Shown piece by piece: positions 39,135-50,591 of a stretch of DNA of 64,000 nt; the stretch's first letter is position 1; each line of letters starts with the position of its first letter. The DNA comes from Candidatus Hydrogenedentota bacterium (GTDB lineage Bacteria; Hydrogenedentota; Hydrogenedentia; Hydrogenedentales; SLHB01): NCBI GenBank assembly GCA_045863295.1, contig BTWA01000020.1, forward strand, positions 42,122-106,121, read 5' to 3'. Under the pieces are notes generated by a model. It saw only the letters and a program-made list of their open reading frames with translations, was not told the DNA's origin and searched no databases. A program made the position numbers and the translations under genes.

Positions 39135-40132
39135 GAGTTCCAGAGTATGTGCACGGCTGCATATCAAACGTGTTTACGATGTGGGATACCGATGGCCGGT
39201 TTCATGAAGCCGGCCAGCGGCGTTTCTTGGACTATTTGGTCGATACCGGCTCGATAACGTCGTTTTTTGTGCGTTCGGGCATGGGTCAGATGTACGCCTA
39301 CGAATACGACGACGTAGTTGCCATGGCGCGAACGGCCTGTACCCACTTGGCAGGCAAGGCGCCGGTCATCGTCGGTACGGCGGGAGTATGGAACGGCAAT
39401 TACGACAGGCGGCCCGATGCGAAGACGTTTGTCGATCAAGGCATCGCACTCGGAAAAATGGCCATGGAAGCGGGTGCTGCCGGCGTGGTCCATACCATGC
39501 CGGAAGCGATTCTGCCCAACGCGGGGGAATCGTACGGCGACCTGATCTGCCGGTATTTCGAGACCATTTGCGGCGCGGCCCCCGATGTTCCGGTGCTCGC
39601 CTATCAACCACCCCGCACAATTCCCGAATACCGGGTGGACATGAAGATTATTGCCCGGCTGGCCGAGATTCCAAACATGGTGGCAATGAAAGTATCGACC
39701 GCCGACGCCCAGTACCTGTTTAATCTGTGTCATGCAATCTCAGGCAAAGACTTCGCGTTCATCGCGGGCAACGAGAATGCATTTTATGCGGCGTTGTACG
39801 CGGGAGCATCCGCATGCATCGGTCAAGGCTGCACCATCAACGCGCCGGTCGTGCGCGCCATACAGGATCGCTTCGAGGCGGGGGACCACGAAGGGGCGCT
39901 CGCCGCGCAATGGTCCACCAATCATTTGTGCAACGAAGCCCGGTGTCCGGTGGAATTCTTCAAACGCTACGTGACCGAGAAGGGCTATCCAGTGCCGGTG
40001 TACGCGCGCGTGGATAAAAACAACCCCTACGCCGAATCGCCCGTTCCGATCACGCAGGAACAATACGACCATTTCAAATGCGTGCTGGAAACGGAAATGG
40101 CCAAGTACGAATCCGTTCCGGTGGGTGTATAA
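39131..40132 (+). CDS. Dihydrodipicolinate synthase/N-acetylneuraminate lyase family protein
   Basis: PVIVGT, LAYQPP and LAEIPNMVAMKVS (Schiff-base Lys) motifs. Confidence 0.82.
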   Translation: MRVPEYVHGCISNVFTMWDTDGRFHEAGQRRFLDYLVDTGSITSFFVRSGMGQMYAYEYDDVVAMARTACTHLAGKAPVIVGTAGVWNGNYDRRPDAKTFVDQGIALGKMAMEAGAAGVVHTMPEAILPNAGESYGDLICRYFETICGAAPDVPVLAYQPPRTIPEYRVDMKIIARLAEIPNMVAMKVSTADAQYLFNLCHAISGKDFAFIAGNENAFYAALYAGASACIGQGCTINAPVVRAIQDRFEAGDHEGALAAQWSTNHLCNEARCPVEFFKRYVTEKGYPVPVYARVDKNNPYAESPVPITQEQYDHFKCVLETEMAKYESVPVGV

Positions 40133-40146
40133 GCCGTATTAAAACG

Positions 40147-40185
40147 AACCGGGCGCCGCACAATCACATGCGGCGCCCGGTTTTT
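40147..40185. terminator. Intrinsic terminator between convergent genes
   Basis: AACCGGGCGCCGCA/TGCGGCGCCCGGTT 14-bp stem followed by a T-run. Confidence 0.85.
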
Positions 40186-40192
40186 GTGTCAA

Positions 40193-41269
40193 TCAGTTTT
40201 CGGCCTTGTGGCTGAGAATGGCACTCTCGTCAAACACACAATGCATGATGGTCTTGCGGCCGTCACGCGTATAAATCATGTGAATCTTGCCGTCTTTCGC
40301 CTGCAATACCACGGGGTATGCAAAGTCATGCGGCCCCTCGGCGATATTCCGCTTGTAGGGATAGGTCTTGTCGCCATCCGTCGAAATCGACACGGTCAAC
40401 GGAGTCCGGTCGTCGGTACTGTCGTTGTACACAAGCAGCAGGTGGCCGTTGGCCAGCTTGATGAAATCAGTGGCCGCGTTGGGATTCGGGAACTGCGATT
40501 CCGTGCCAGCCGCCCAAGTCTTGCCACCATCGCGGGATTCGGACCGCACGATGCGCCCTTCGGGAAACGGCTCGTATCCGCCGCCGCGCCGAGAATAGCT
40601 GATGAGGTAATTCTCGTCCATCTGCACAACGGACGGCTGCAGGTTGCCGTACTTCGAAGTGATGCGGTTGGTTTCGGTCCACTCGTTGGTCTTGGGATTA
40701 TACCGTAAAAACAGCGACGTGGTATCGGCCCCGACCTTTTCGCGGTCGTTGCCCGTTTCGTGGTAAATGGGAAGCAGGTAATCGCCGTCCATCAGCACAA
40801 TGGGACGGCCGCGCACCATGGTGCCCTTTTCAAACGTCACCATGAAGGAATCCGACCACGTGTTTGCGCCATCATAGGACACCTTGCCCTTGATGCGTGA
40901 ATCCGACCACGTATCGCCGTAGCGCTGTACATAGAAGAGCCACACAAGACCGTCCGGCGCCTGAAACACTACCGGATTGCCTTCGGATCGGAACGGCGTG
41001 TCCGCGATGACCTGCGGCGTGCCCCACGTGTCCGAACCCTTGACCAGCCGCATGCCCCACACCTTGGAATTGGCTTCGTATTCGCCGTCGCCGCCGTAGT
41101 AGGAAAGGTACAAGTCGCCGTTGTCCAATTCCGCGAACGACGCCGGGTGTTTGTATTCGCCTCCGGGAAACTCCGTGCCAATTACCTTGGTGGTAACAAT
41201 GTCCTCTTGGGCAAACCCCGCTCCGGCGGCCACGCACAGCGCCGCCATCACGCATACAACAGTTCTCAT
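40193..41269 (-). CDS. Secreted sialidase-like BNR-repeat protein
   Basis: Asp-boxes SYDGANTW, SRDGGKTW and STDGDKTY; signal peptide. Confidence 0.85.
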   Translation of the reverse strand: MRTVVCVMAALCVAAGAGFAQEDIVTTKVIGTEFPGGEYKHPASFAELDNGDLYLSYYGGDGEYEANSKVWGMRLVKGSDTWGTPQVIADTPFRSEGNPVVFQAPDGLVWLFYVQRYGDTWSDSRIKGKVSYDGANTWSDSFMVTFEKGTMVRGRPIVLMDGDYLLPIYHETGNDREKVGADTTSLFLRYNPKTNEWTETNRITSKYGNLQPSVVQMDENYLISYSRRGGGYEPFPEGRIVRSESRDGGKTWAAGTESQFPNPNAATDFIKLANGHLLLVYNDSTDDRTPLTVSISTDGDKTYPYKRNIAEGPHDFAYPVVLQAKDGKIHMIYTRDGRKTIMHCVFDESAILSHKAEN

Positions 41270-41451
41270 GATTGCAGTTCCTTCCAGATGTAGTCAGCCT
41301 GACACGTGAGGTGTGCCCGGCCTTGCCCAGGAGCGGCCGGAAACACGACATGCAACCCAGTGTACCGATCGACTCGCGGAAATGAAAGAAATGCATGGGT
41401 TGAAGAAGCACGAAAGAGTACGTACGCTTACAGTTCCATCGGGAGGTGAAT

Positions 41452-42675
41452 ATGGCGCGTTCGAAGGAATTTCTACTGGGCTGTCTCGTGGGCGGCGCGT
41501 CGAGTTTCGGTCTATTCTTCTTTATAGTCGGTATTGCCGTGTCGATGTTTTCCGCGCGGCAGTCGACCAATTCATTTCGCCAGATTGCGGAAGCGCTGCT
41601 CCCAAGCGGTGAGTATGATTCGCCCGAAATGGGCGTGCGCGTCAACCAGATCGGTCTTTCCGGCACGGCTATGTGGGAAAGTCCGGGGTACGGCGATGTC
41701 ACCAGCCTCGCATCCTACAAGAACGCGGCCGGCGAACTCATGATTGCCGCGGGCGCAAGCGACCGCATCCGTATTATCCACGCCGATACTTTGAATGTGG
41801 TAAGCGAGATCGCCGTGGAGGAAGAGTATGAACGCCTCGAATTGCTTCATGTGAATGGCCAGGACCCCTATATCTACACGGCCGCCACTTGGGGCCTCCC
41901 GGCGGCCTTGTTCCATCCCGACGGTACGCTGGCCTGGTCCTACTCGATTCCCTACGGAACCAATATCATGGTGCCGGTGAAAATCCACAAAGACGGACCG
42001 GTAGCATTCGCTATCGGCGGCTATGGCGAAGAATCACTTCACCTGGTGGATTTCAGCGGCGCGCTGGTCTGGAAGGAAAAAGAGGAAAGCATTTTCAACA
42101 TCGCGCCGTGGGACGTCGACGATGACGGCGATCAGGAAATTGTCCATAACAACGACGCGTTGCAATTTATTCTGCGCGAAGGCGATGGCTCTGAACTGAA
42201 GCGCATGGATATCGATCAGTACTTCGAAGACTTTACGGTGGTGCCGAGACCGGGCCATGCCAACGGCTCCATGGCCGTCGGGTTTGAGTTTGGCGATCTC
42301 TTTTCCTTGAACGCGGCGGGCGAAGTCATCCGTGTGTGGGAAGTGCCAAATGCAGACTATTACGACACCGGTAAATTCGCGATCGTGCGACTACAGCCTG
42401 GAGAAGAGCAATACCTCGCCGCCTTGCTGACCGATTACATGGACTCCTCTTCGATGATCTGCGTGATGAAGGCCGACGGCACGCTGTTGTACCAGGAAGT
42501 GATCGATCCGGCATTTTCGATGTGCGTGATCGACGCCACGGAAAATGGTGGGGCCGGGATCCTGCTTGGCGGTTATGACCGGATCATGCGGTATAGCCTT
42601 GCAGGCCCGAATGCCGGCGAACGAGCGGAAGTGCCATCCGCTGAGGCCGTGCCAAGTGCGGATTCCGCAGAATAA
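41452..42675 (+). CDS. Membrane-anchored hypothetical protein, beta-propeller-like
   Basis: N-terminal TM; repeated DGTLAW/SGALVW/DGTLLY; DVDDDGDQEIV motif. Confidence 0.7.
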   Translation: MARSKEFLLGCLVGGASSFGLFFFIVGIAVSMFSARQSTNSFRQIAEALLPSGEYDSPEMGVRVNQIGLSGTAMWESPGYGDVTSLASYKNAAGELMIAAGASDRIRIIHADTLNVVSEIAVEEEYERLELLHVNGQDPYIYTAATWGLPAALFHPDGTLAWSYSIPYGTNIMVPVKIHKDGPVAFAIGGYGEESLHLVDFSGALVWKEKEESIFNIAPWDVDDDGDQEIVHNNDALQFILREGDGSELKRMDIDQYFEDFTVVPRPGHANGSMAVGFEFGDLFSLNAAGEVIRVWEVPNADYYDTGKFAIVRLQPGEEQYLAALLTDYMDSSSMICVMKADGTLLYQEVIDPAFSMCVIDATENGGAGILLGGYDRIMRYSLAGPNAGERAEVPSAEAVPSADSAE

Positions 42676-42681
42676 GCGAAA

Positions 42682-44211
42682 TCACCAACTCCGTATCATC
42701 GGCCAGTATTTTGACGGGACGTAATGCGAATTGCGGCAGATAGCGATGGGCTGGTTGCGCAGGGATCGCAGGCCGTGTTCGGGGTTCACCGTGCATACCA
42801 CTTCGACGGACTCGAAAGACTCCTTGAGCCGTTCCGGCGACACGCCCGCCGCGATCATGATGGTCTTGTCATCGCTCGGCGGACCCCACATCCAATAGGT
42901 CAGGTGCGAGGAGTATGCCTTTGGCAACCCCAATTCCGGGCCGTAGTAATCGATCGCGCCCGCGAACGAGTAACTGCGGCCGTACAGGAATGCCTTTTCC
43001 TTTTCTTCCGGCGTCAGCTTCGCATAAGCCTGCGCCACGCCATCCACCATTTCCTTCCAGCCGAACATCGCGTGCAGATCGCCGGTGACCTCGAATGCAT
43101 TCTTGATTGCGCCCATGGTGATGACCTGAATATACCGATCGGTTGCGTTGATGTTCATGATGGGCAGTGATAACGCCGCAAACGCCCCACCCACGATCAC
43201 CATGACCGCCGCCAACACAGGCCGCAGCATGCGCCACGGCTTGTTCCGAAGCCAGCATTCCAACGCTACGGCGCCGCCCGCAAACAAGATTGCATAGGCC
43301 GGCGCGAGATAATAAATTTTGCTCTTGGCAACGACGAGCAGGAGAAACACCACCACATATATCCAGCCAAATACGCGAAATGGCCTGCCCGCCTGCGTAA
43401 ACAGGAAGAAGATCAACCCGGAAATCCACACGAACACATTCGCCGGGTGCAGATAAAGTATCTGCCCGATCAGAAATTCAGGCAAGGAAATCTTGCTCAT
43501 GGTCCCCGCATTCAGTTGGCGGATGAACTCCAACGTGGGCCAATCGTTCATGTACTGCCAAATCAAATTGGGCAGAAAAATCAGAAACGCAATCGCACCG
43601 CCCCCCCACAGGTAGGGACTCTTCAGGTGTTGGCGCAAAGGCGTCAACACAATGCCCGCAGCCAGCCCCACGCCGAAGAACGCCATCGTGTGCTTGTTCA
43701 TCAAGCCAAGCCCCGCGACCACCCCCACCCACAGCCACAACTTCGGATTGTTGTCCTGCACAATGCAGACAATGAGATAGCAGCAGAGAATCCAGTAAAA
43801 CGGCTCGAAGGAGGGAATTGACAATATGTTCCCCGATCGCAAATAAACCGGAGCAATCAAATAAGCAAGACACGCAATCGCCTGCGCAAACGCCCCACCC
43901 CCCAAACGCCGTGCCGTCAATCCAGTAAGAAACAACCCCGCCGCCCCAAACACCGCCGAAGCGAACCGGACCGCCGGCAGGGAATCGCCAATGGTTTCCT
44001 GCGCGATCCGGGCGATCCACGGCACCAGTGGCGGGTGATCCACGTAGCCAAACGACAAGTGGTTACCGCAGGCCAGAAAGTAGAACTCGTCCTGGTGAAA
44101 CCCGTACCACCGGTTATAAGTAAGGTGAATGGTCAATTTCAGCAGCGCAAATCCGGCCAGAATCGCCAATCCGGTCTCAATACGCGGTTTCGTGGTTGCC
44201 TGTTCGGACAT
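42682..44211 (-). CDS. GT-C glycosyltransferase (PMT/ArnT-like)
   Basis: HQDEFYFLACG..GYVDHPPL and LPNLIWQ motifs; many TM helices. Confidence 0.85.
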   Translation of the reverse strand: MSEQATTKPRIETGLAILAGFALLKLTIHLTYNRWYGFHQDEFYFLACGNHLSFGYVDHPPLVPWIARIAQETIGDSLPAVRFASAVFGAAGLFLTGLTARRLGGGAFAQAIACLAYLIAPVYLRSGNILSIPSFEPFYWILCCYLIVCIVQDNNPKLWLWVGVVAGLGLMNKHTMAFFGVGLAAGIVLTPLRQHLKSPYLWGGGAIAFLIFLPNLIWQYMNDWPTLEFIRQLNAGTMSKISLPEFLIGQILYLHPANVFVWISGLIFFLFTQAGRPFRVFGWIYVVVFLLLVVAKSKIYYLAPAYAILFAGGAVALECWLRNKPWRMLRPVLAAVMVIVGGAFAALSLPIMNINATDRYIQVITMGAIKNAFEVTGDLHAMFGWKEMVDGVAQAYAKLTPEEKEKAFLYGRSYSFAGAIDYYGPELGLPKAYSSHLTYWMWGPPSDDKTIMIAAGVSPERLKESFESVEVVCTVNPEHGLRSLRNQPIAICRNSHYVPSKYWPMIRSW

Positions 44212-44320
44212 GGGTGCTCCCCCTGAACGTTATTTACCCTTGGACGCACCCAGCCACGGTTTGGTTTGAATCCCGGAATTCGGGGTGCCTTCCCGCCTCG
44301 ATCTTCGCTAAAATGGGGTC

Positions 44321-45643
44321 ATGCGCACACGAATCAAAAATGCCATCGTCGTATTACCGGACCAAACGGCGCGAACCGACGTCCTGATTGAGGACGAACG
44401 AATTGCAGCCATCGACCCCGCGATCCATACACAGGCCGACGAAACAGTGGACGCCACGGGCCTCCACCTGATCCCCGGTGTCATCGACGATCAGGTTCAC
44501 TTTCGGGAACCTGGTCTCACCCACAAGGAAGACCTTACCGCCGCCTCGCGAGCCTGCGCAAAAGGCGGCGTGACCTCGTTTCTCGAGATGCCCAACACCG
44601 TTCCCACGACCACAACCTGCGATCGGCTCCATGATAAACTGGCCCTTGCAAAAACGAAATGCCTTGTAAACTACGGCTTTTACATCGGCGCCACGCCGGA
44701 CAACCTCGACGAACTGATAAACGCCCGCCGCACCCCAGGCATCAAGATTTTCATCGGCTCCAGCACGGGCGACCTCCTGGTCGACAATCAGGACGCTCTC
44801 GAACGCATCTTTGCGGAAACGACGCTGCCCATTTGCGCCCACTGTGAAGACGAGGCCACGGTGCGCGCCAACCGCGAAGCCCTCGGCGGCGGCCACTCCG
44901 TGGAAGACCACTCGCGCATCCGCGATCACAAGGCCGCCTACATCGCGACGAAACGCGCCATCGACCTCGCCCTTCGCCACAAGCACCGCTTCCACGTGCT
45001 GCATGTATCCACGGCCGATGAACTGCCAATCATCCGGGGTCAGGCCCCCTACATTACCGCCGAAGTCTGCCCGCACCACCTCTTCTTCAGTATCGACGAC
45101 TACCCGCGACTCGGGTCGCGCATCCAGATGAACCCTTCCATCAAGACCAAGGCGGATAACGCCGCCCTCTGGCACGCCCTCCGAGACGGCACAATACAAG
45201 TTATCGCCACCGACCATGCGCCCCATACCCTCGAGGAAAAGGCCCTGCCCTACCCCAAGTCTCCTTCCGGACTGCCCGCCGTCGAAAATTCGCTGGCGCT
45301 GATGCTCCACGAAGTAAATCAAGGCCACTGTTCGCTGCAGCAAGTGGTGCAATGGATGTGCGACGCGCCCGCTAGAGTCTGGGATATCCCCTCCAAAGGC
45401 CGCATTGCCGAGGGCTACAACGCCGACCTCGTCCTGGTGGACATGAACAAATCCGCCACCATCCTGGACGAACACCAGCAAACCAAAGCCAAATGGAGCC
45501 CGTGGCACGGAATGACACTTCAAGGCTGGGCCGTCAGGACATGGGTCATGGGCCGTGAAGTCTTTCGAGACGGCCACATCCATGCCGGGCCGCATGGTCA
45601 GGAAATCCAATTCGATCACACCCTGGGCGGCTACTGGACGTGA
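44321..45643 (+). CDS. pyrC: Dihydroorotase (amidohydrolase family)
   Basis: [22 protein letters not shown] and ATDHAPH motifs. Confidence 0.85.
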   Translation: MRTRIKNAIVVLPDQTARTDVLIEDERIAAIDPAIHTQADETVDATGLHLIPGVIDDQVHFREPGLTHKEDLTAASRACAKGGVTSFLEMPNTVPTTTTCDRLHDKLALAKTKCLVNYGFYIGATPDNLDELINARRTPGIKIFIGSSTGDLLVDNQDALERIFAETTLPICAHCEDEATVRANREALGGGHSVEDHSRIRDHKAAYIATKRAIDLALRHKHRFHVLHVSTADELPIIRGQAPYITAEVCPHHLFFSIDDYPRLGSRIQMNPSIKTKADNAALWHALRDGTIQVIATDHAPHTLEEKALPYPKSPSGLPAVENSLALMLHEVNQGHCSLQQVVQWMCDAPARVWDIPSKGRIAEGYNADLVLVDMNKSATILDEHQQTKAKWSPWHGMTLQGWAVRTWVMGREVFRDGHIHAGPHGQEIQFDHTLGGYWT

Positions 45644-45785
45644 ACGTTTGCGCGGTGTCGAATGCAGCCGTCTACAGTGCCCCTCATTCCCTATGGAAAC
45701 ACTCTCGATCCCACACGCCGCCCCCTGAACTTCCCCCGGCGCTGTTTACACTTGGGTTGACGAGCGCCGGTGCATGGGCGCGGCA

Positions 45786-46688
45786 ATGAGCGAATCCGCA
45801 TGGCAAAAACGTCTTCGCCTGGAAGAAGGCCATCGCATTACACACCGCCAACGCACCGGCGGCGGCATACGCGCGTACCTTAACAGCCCCGCGCTTAAAC
45901 GGATTGCTCTGGTTGCTGCCTTGCGTTTCACAGGGTTGATGACCCGCGCCCGGCGGGAGGCCGATTCGCCCCGGCTCTTGGAGATCGAGTTCGTTTTGCC
46001 CAGGCTGCCACGCGCATTTCAGGGCTTTCGAATCCTCCATCTCTCCGATTTCCATATCGACGGACGGCCCGGTCAGGCCGAAACAATCCGCGCCTTGCTC
46101 GACCCGCTTGCCTATGACATCTGCGTGCTCACCGGCGACTACGATTTCGACTATTACATCAATAACGCTGTCGTGATTGACGCCATGCGCCACATCCTCT
46201 CCGCCGTGCGCTCTCCGATGATTGGCATCCTCGGAAACCATGACGACAGCGATCTCGTCGAACCGTTGCGGCAAATGGGTGTCAAAATGCTCCTAAACCA
46301 GTCCACATATATTGAGAGGGACGGCAACCGTATCTGGTTCGCGGGCGTGGACGATCCACACCATTACCAATGCGACGATGTTGAAAGTGCACTGAGCGAT
46401 ATCCCCCTCGACGCGTTCACCATATTCCTTGCGCATTCCCCCGAGCGGATTGAGTCCGCTGCCGCGCGCCACGTCGACCTTTATCTGTGCGGCCATACGC
46501 ACGGCGGACAACTGGTGCTGCCGGGAATTGGCGCGGTCTACAACAACGCGCGTTGCCCGCGGAAGTACATGGCCGGAGTTTGGGAATGCAACGGCATGCG
46601 GGGATTTACAACCAACGGCTTGGGGTGCGTCTACTATCCCGTCCGCTTGAACTGCCCGCCTGAGGCGGCAATCGTCACGTTGCGCTGA
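45786..46688 (+). CDS. Calcineurin-like metallophosphoesterase
   Basis: LSDFH, TGDY, GNHD and GHTHGGQ motifs. Confidence 0.9.
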   Translation: MSESAWQKRLRLEEGHRITHRQRTGGGIRAYLNSPALKRIALVAALRFTGLMTRARREADSPRLLEIEFVLPRLPRAFQGFRILHLSDFHIDGRPGQAETIRALLDPLAYDICVLTGDYDFDYYINNAVVIDAMRHILSAVRSPMIGILGNHDDSDLVEPLRQMGVKMLLNQSTYIERDGNRIWFAGVDDPHHYQCDDVESALSDIPLDAFTIFLAHSPERIESAAARHVDLYLCGHTHGGQLVLPGIGAVYNNARCPRKYMAGVWECNGMRGFTTNGLGCVYYPVRLNCPPEAAIVTLR

Positions 46689-46858
46689 CGTAGACGCGCG
46701 CATCTTGCAGCGTCTCTTTTTGCATTTCGGAGTTGGCGCAAAGCCCCGGAAACGCGACAAGATGTCGCGTCTACTCCTTGAAATTCGGTTGCACTCCAGA
46801 CATGATTGTGCGCTTGCATGGGGAAGGCATTCCGGGCAACGAACTGAAGTACGATCAA

Positions 46859-47830
46859 ATGACACATACGCAAAATGAATACGTCATCGGACTCGAAATC
46901 GGCGGCACCAAACTCCAGGCCGTTCTCGGCACACGCGACGGCCGAATCCTGCATACGGAGCGCGGCGTCGCCCCAGTGCAGGACGGGGCCCACGCGATTC
47001 TTTCTTGGTTTAAGGAACCCGTCGCACGCCTTATCGCGCATGCGACCGGCGAAGGCAAACGCGTCGCATCCATCGGCGTCGGCTTCGGCGGGCCCGTCGA
47101 ATCCAACGCCGGCAAAGTCATGGTGTCGCACCAAGTCAGCGGCTGGGACAACTTTCCCATGCGCACGTGGCTGGAAGAAGCCTTCGGACTGCCCGTATAT
47201 CTGGGCAACGATTCGAATGTGGCGGGCTGGGCGGAATACAGGATCGGAGCTGGCGTGGGCACGCGTCAGTTCTGTTACATGAACATCGGCAGTGGCATCG
47301 GCGGCGCGCTCGTTATCAACGGCATACTGCACGACGGCCAAGGCCTCGGCGCGGCGGAAATCGGCCACACGCTCGTGCCCGACTGGACGAATCCGGTACT
47401 TGGCAGTGCCAACAAACTCGAGAATCTATGTTCGGGTTGGTCGATTGAAAAGCGCCTGCGCGCGCACCCGCTCGCAGCTGGAACACCTCTCCACACGCTG
47501 GCCCATGGCGACGCGCAAATCATCACCTGCGCCATGCTCGGCGAGGCCGCGCGGCAAGGCGATGCCGCCGCGCTGGCCGAACTCGATCGTGTCGGCCACG
47601 CCGCCGGCATCGCACTGGCCAATGTCATCACGCTCGTACACCCTGAACGCATCGCCATGGGGGGCGGCGTCAGCCTGCTCGGCGATGTATTGTTGAATCC
47701 GATTCGGAAATACGCGGCTCACTATGTCTTCGGCTGCTATCGCGGCAAGTATGAAATTGTGCCGTGTGCCTTGGGTGAAGCGGTGGTCGTCGCCGGCGCC
47801 TTGCTGCTCGCGCCGGAGACCGATGAATGA
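46859..47830 (+). CDS. ROK family sugar kinase
   Basis: EIGGTK, GFGGP, NDSNVA, GSGIGG and EIGH motifs. Confidence 0.9.
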   Translation: MTHTQNEYVIGLEIGGTKLQAVLGTRDGRILHTERGVAPVQDGAHAILSWFKEPVARLIAHATGEGKRVASIGVGFGGPVESNAGKVMVSHQVSGWDNFPMRTWLEEAFGLPVYLGNDSNVAGWAEYRIGAGVGTRQFCYMNIGSGIGGALVINGILHDGQGLGAAEIGHTLVPDWTNPVLGSANKLENLCSGWSIEKRLRAHPLAAGTPLHTLAHGDAQIITCAMLGEAARQGDAAALAELDRVGHAAGIALANVITLVHPERIAMGGGVSLLGDVLLNPIRKYAAHYVFGCYRGKYEIVPCALGEAVVVAGALLLAPETDE

Positions 47831-48531
47831 AACCCGTCACCAAAGCCTATCTCCTCGCCGCAGGCCTCGGCACGCGCCTGCGCCCGCTGACCAACTCCAT
47901 ACCGAAATGCATGGTGCCTATTCACGGACGGCCCTTGTGCGATTACTGGTTTGCGTTGTGCGAACAGCACGGCATCACCGACATCTGCATGAACACGCAT
48001 TACATGCCGAATCCCGTGCGCGCTTTTGTCGCGTCTTTGCAGCGCAATGTGCGCGTCCATCTCGTGCACGAGGCGGAGCTTCTCGGCAGCGCGGGCACGA
48101 TCCGTGCGAACGCCGGCTTCGTCGACGGCGAGGACGCGTTTCTCGTCATCTACGCGGATAACCTATCCAACGTCGATTTAACGCGCCTCACAGCATTTCA
48201 CGGCACACATGCAGGGCCACTGACCATGGCGTTGTTCCACACGCCATATCCGTCTCAATGCGGCATCGCGACATTGGACAATGACGGACGTATTATCGAA
48301 TTCATTGAAAAGCCGAAGGAACCCAAAAGCGATCTTGCCAATGCCGGTCTTTACGTCTGCGACACATCCACGCTCGCGGACATCCCCAACGACAAACCCA
48401 TCGTAGACTACGGCCACGACATCCTGCCCCGTTACACGGGCCGCATGTACGGCCTGCCGATCGATTGTTACCACCTCGACATCGGCAACATGGAAGCGTA
48501 TGAAAAGGCGCAGGCGACGTGGAACGCCTGA
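47827..48531 (+). CDS. Sugar-phosphate nucleotidyltransferase (HddC/mannose-1-P guanylyltransferase-like)
   Basis: LAAGLGTRLRPLT..PK, EKP and NAGLY motifs; ATGA overlap with the ROK gene. Confidence 0.88.
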   Translation: MKPVTKAYLLAAGLGTRLRPLTNSIPKCMVPIHGRPLCDYWFALCEQHGITDICMNTHYMPNPVRAFVASLQRNVRVHLVHEAELLGSAGTIRANAGFVDGEDAFLVIYADNLSNVDLTRLTAFHGTHAGPLTMALFHTPYPSQCGIATLDNDGRIIEFIEKPKEPKSDLANAGLYVCDTSTLADIPNDKPIVDYGHDILPRYTGRMYGLPIDCYHLDIGNMEAYEKAQATWNA

Positions 48532-48600
48532 GGCGCGAGCGATTCCACCGTTACGCAAGATGCACGGCAGTTCGTACGACACCGGCGTGTCCCTCCTGCC

Positions 48601-49425
48601 TCACACCGCCGTCAAATACGCGCCCTTAATCCGCTCCACCAGATCAGCCTGATCGCCCGCCCAGAATTCGTCGGAAAATATCTCCACCTCGATCGGACCG
48701 TCGAACCCCGTCTCCTCCACCCAGCCGCGAATCTGTGGAATAGGAATGCAGCCCTCGCCCATCATTCCCCGATCGTTCAACATGTCCCGCGTCGGGTGTC
48801 GCCAGTCGCACACGTGAAACGAAAAGATGGATTTCCCCGCGCGCCGAATCTCTGCCTGCAAATCGGGGTCCCACCACAGGTGATACACATCCACTGTAAC
48901 GCCCACGTTCGGATGCCCGATCGCCGCGACCATATCATTCGCCTGTTTCAACGTGTTCACCGCCGACCGATCCCCCGCATACATCGGGTGCAACGGCTCA
49001 ATGCCCAGCTTCACCCCGCATTCCGCCGCATGGGGCAAAATCCTTTCGATACCAAAGCGAATCTGCCTGCGCGATTCCTCCAAAGGCAACTTCGGCCATG
49101 CGCCGCACACCAGCACCACGAGCGGAGCCCCAATCGCCGCCGCCGTGTCGATCACGCGCAGGTTGTCGTCAATGGCTTCGAACTGCTCTTCCGGATCCCA
49201 TTTGGGAAAGAAGCCGCCCCGGCACAGGCTCACCACCTTTAACCCCGACCCCGCCAGCACCCGCGCCGCTTCGGCGTCCCCCAAGGGATCCACGTGCTGA
49301 CGCCACACCGTTATCCCCGGCACCCCCGCCACCGCATACCCCGCCACCGCCTCTTTCAACGACCACGGTTTGGTGGTCATGGTGTGTAGGCAAAGTCGTT
49401 TGATATCGGTCATCGGTTCAGGCAT
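48601..49425 (-). CDS. Sugar phosphate isomerase/epimerase (xylose isomerase-like TIM barrel)
   Basis: IEPLHP, DVYH, FHVCD and EVEIF motifs. Confidence 0.85.
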   Translation of the reverse strand: MPEPMTDIKRLCLHTMTTKPWSLKEAVAGYAVAGVPGITVWRQHVDPLGDAEAARVLAGSGLKVVSLCRGGFFPKWDPEEQFEAIDDNLRVIDTAAAIGAPLVVLVCGAWPKLPLEESRRQIRFGIERILPHAAECGVKLGIEPLHPMYAGDRSAVNTLKQANDMVAAIGHPNVGVTVDVYHLWWDPDLQAEIRRAGKSIFSFHVCDWRHPTRDMLNDRGMMGEGCIPIPQIRGWVEETGFDGPIEVEIFSDEFWAGDQADLVERIKGAYLTAV

Positions 49426-49488
49426 GGCGTAGGACCCCAATAATTCCAGCACAACCGGTGCTCAGTGTAACACGCCCCATTCTTGTGA

Positions 49489-50052
49489 CTACTGTCTCGG
49501 CTCATACCGCATCGCCACGGCCCCTGAGGTGAGTTCCAATCGGCCCACAAGTTTTAAGTGCACAGGCTTCGACAAGCCAGCGAACAAGGTCGGCCCACGG
49601 CCCGCTAGGGTAGGATGCACGATGAACTCGTACTCGTCGATAAGACCCAACTCCGTCAATGCCTGCGGCAACGTGACACCCCCTACAAATAGTCCCTTGC
49701 CCGGCTCCTGCTTAAGCTGCTGAACGGCCTCACCCAAATCTCCGCGCACGAGTTCCGCGTTCCAGTCGACGCTGTCCAGCGTGCTCGACACGACGTACTT
49801 TTTCGCCGCATTGATGGTGTGGGCAAAGGGTAGCATCCACGGCTCCATCCAATCGGGTCTCACTCCCGTCTCCGCAGGCGTTCGCCACGCTTCCTCCATC
49901 ATGGTGTACGTCACCCGCCCAAAGAGAAGGGCATCGGCCTGGACGATGTTCTCGGCCGCGTGACGGTGCAATTCTTCGTCGGGGACGATCCCCGATTGAT
50001 GATCGCAGCACCCATCCAAGGTGAGGTTGATGGAATAGCGTAGCGGTCGCAT
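49489..50052 (-). CDS. Dihydrofolate reductase/RibD C-terminal family protein
   Basis: TLDG, LFGRVTY and GLIDEYEFIVHP..GRG motifs. Confidence 0.88.
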   Translation of the reverse strand: MRPLRYSINLTLDGCCDHQSGIVPDEELHRHAAENIVQADALLFGRVTYTMMEEAWRTPAETGVRPDWMEPWMLPFAHTINAAKKYVVSSTLDSVDWNAELVRGDLGEAVQQLKQEPGKGLFVGGVTLPQALTELGLIDEYEFIVHPTLAGRGPTLFAGLSKPVHLKLVGRLELTSGAVAMRYEPRQ

Positions 50053-50094
50053 TGTTTTCTCCGGAAGCGGGTTAACAGTTGAGTGAATGGCCCA

Positions 50095-50535
50095 TCAGGA
50101 AGTGAGTTCTTCGGCGAGCCCGATGAGAATGCCCTCCAGGCCCCGGATGTAGCAAAGCCGGTAGGCGGTTTTATACTGGACCACTTGGTCGACAACTTCG
50201 GCGCCGAGTTTGCGGAGCCGGGCAACCGTATCATCGATGTCTTCCACAGCGAACATGACGCGCAGGTACCCCAAGGCGTTCACCGGCGCGTTGCGATGAT
50301 CGGCGGCCACCGCAGGCGCGAGAAATCGGGAAAGCTCGACTCGGCCATGTCCATCCGGCGTGCGCATCATGGCAATCTCGACGCGCATGCCGCGCAATCC
50401 AGTGACGCCTTCCGCCCATTCTCCTTCGATGGGGGCGCGCCCCTCGAGCGTCAGGCCAAGTTCGGTGAAGAACGCAATGGCGGCATCGAGGTCCTCTACC
50501 ACAATGCCGACGTTGTCCATGCGCTTGACTGACAT
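50095..50535 (-). CDS. VOC/glyoxalase family protein
   Basis: NVGIVVEDLDAAIAFF and YIRGLEGILIGLAE motifs. Confidence 0.88.
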   Translation of the reverse strand: MSVKRMDNVGIVVEDLDAAIAFFTELGLTLEGRAPIEGEWAEGVTGLRGMRVEIAMMRTPDGHGRVELSRFLAPAVAADHRNAPVNALGYLRVMFAVEDIDDTVARLRKLGAEVVDQVVQYKTAYRLCYIRGLEGILIGLAEELTS

Positions 50536-50591
50536 GATGCCTCCTTGGCGTATAACGCCCTGGCGATGGTGCAACCCATTTTCAGAGGTTA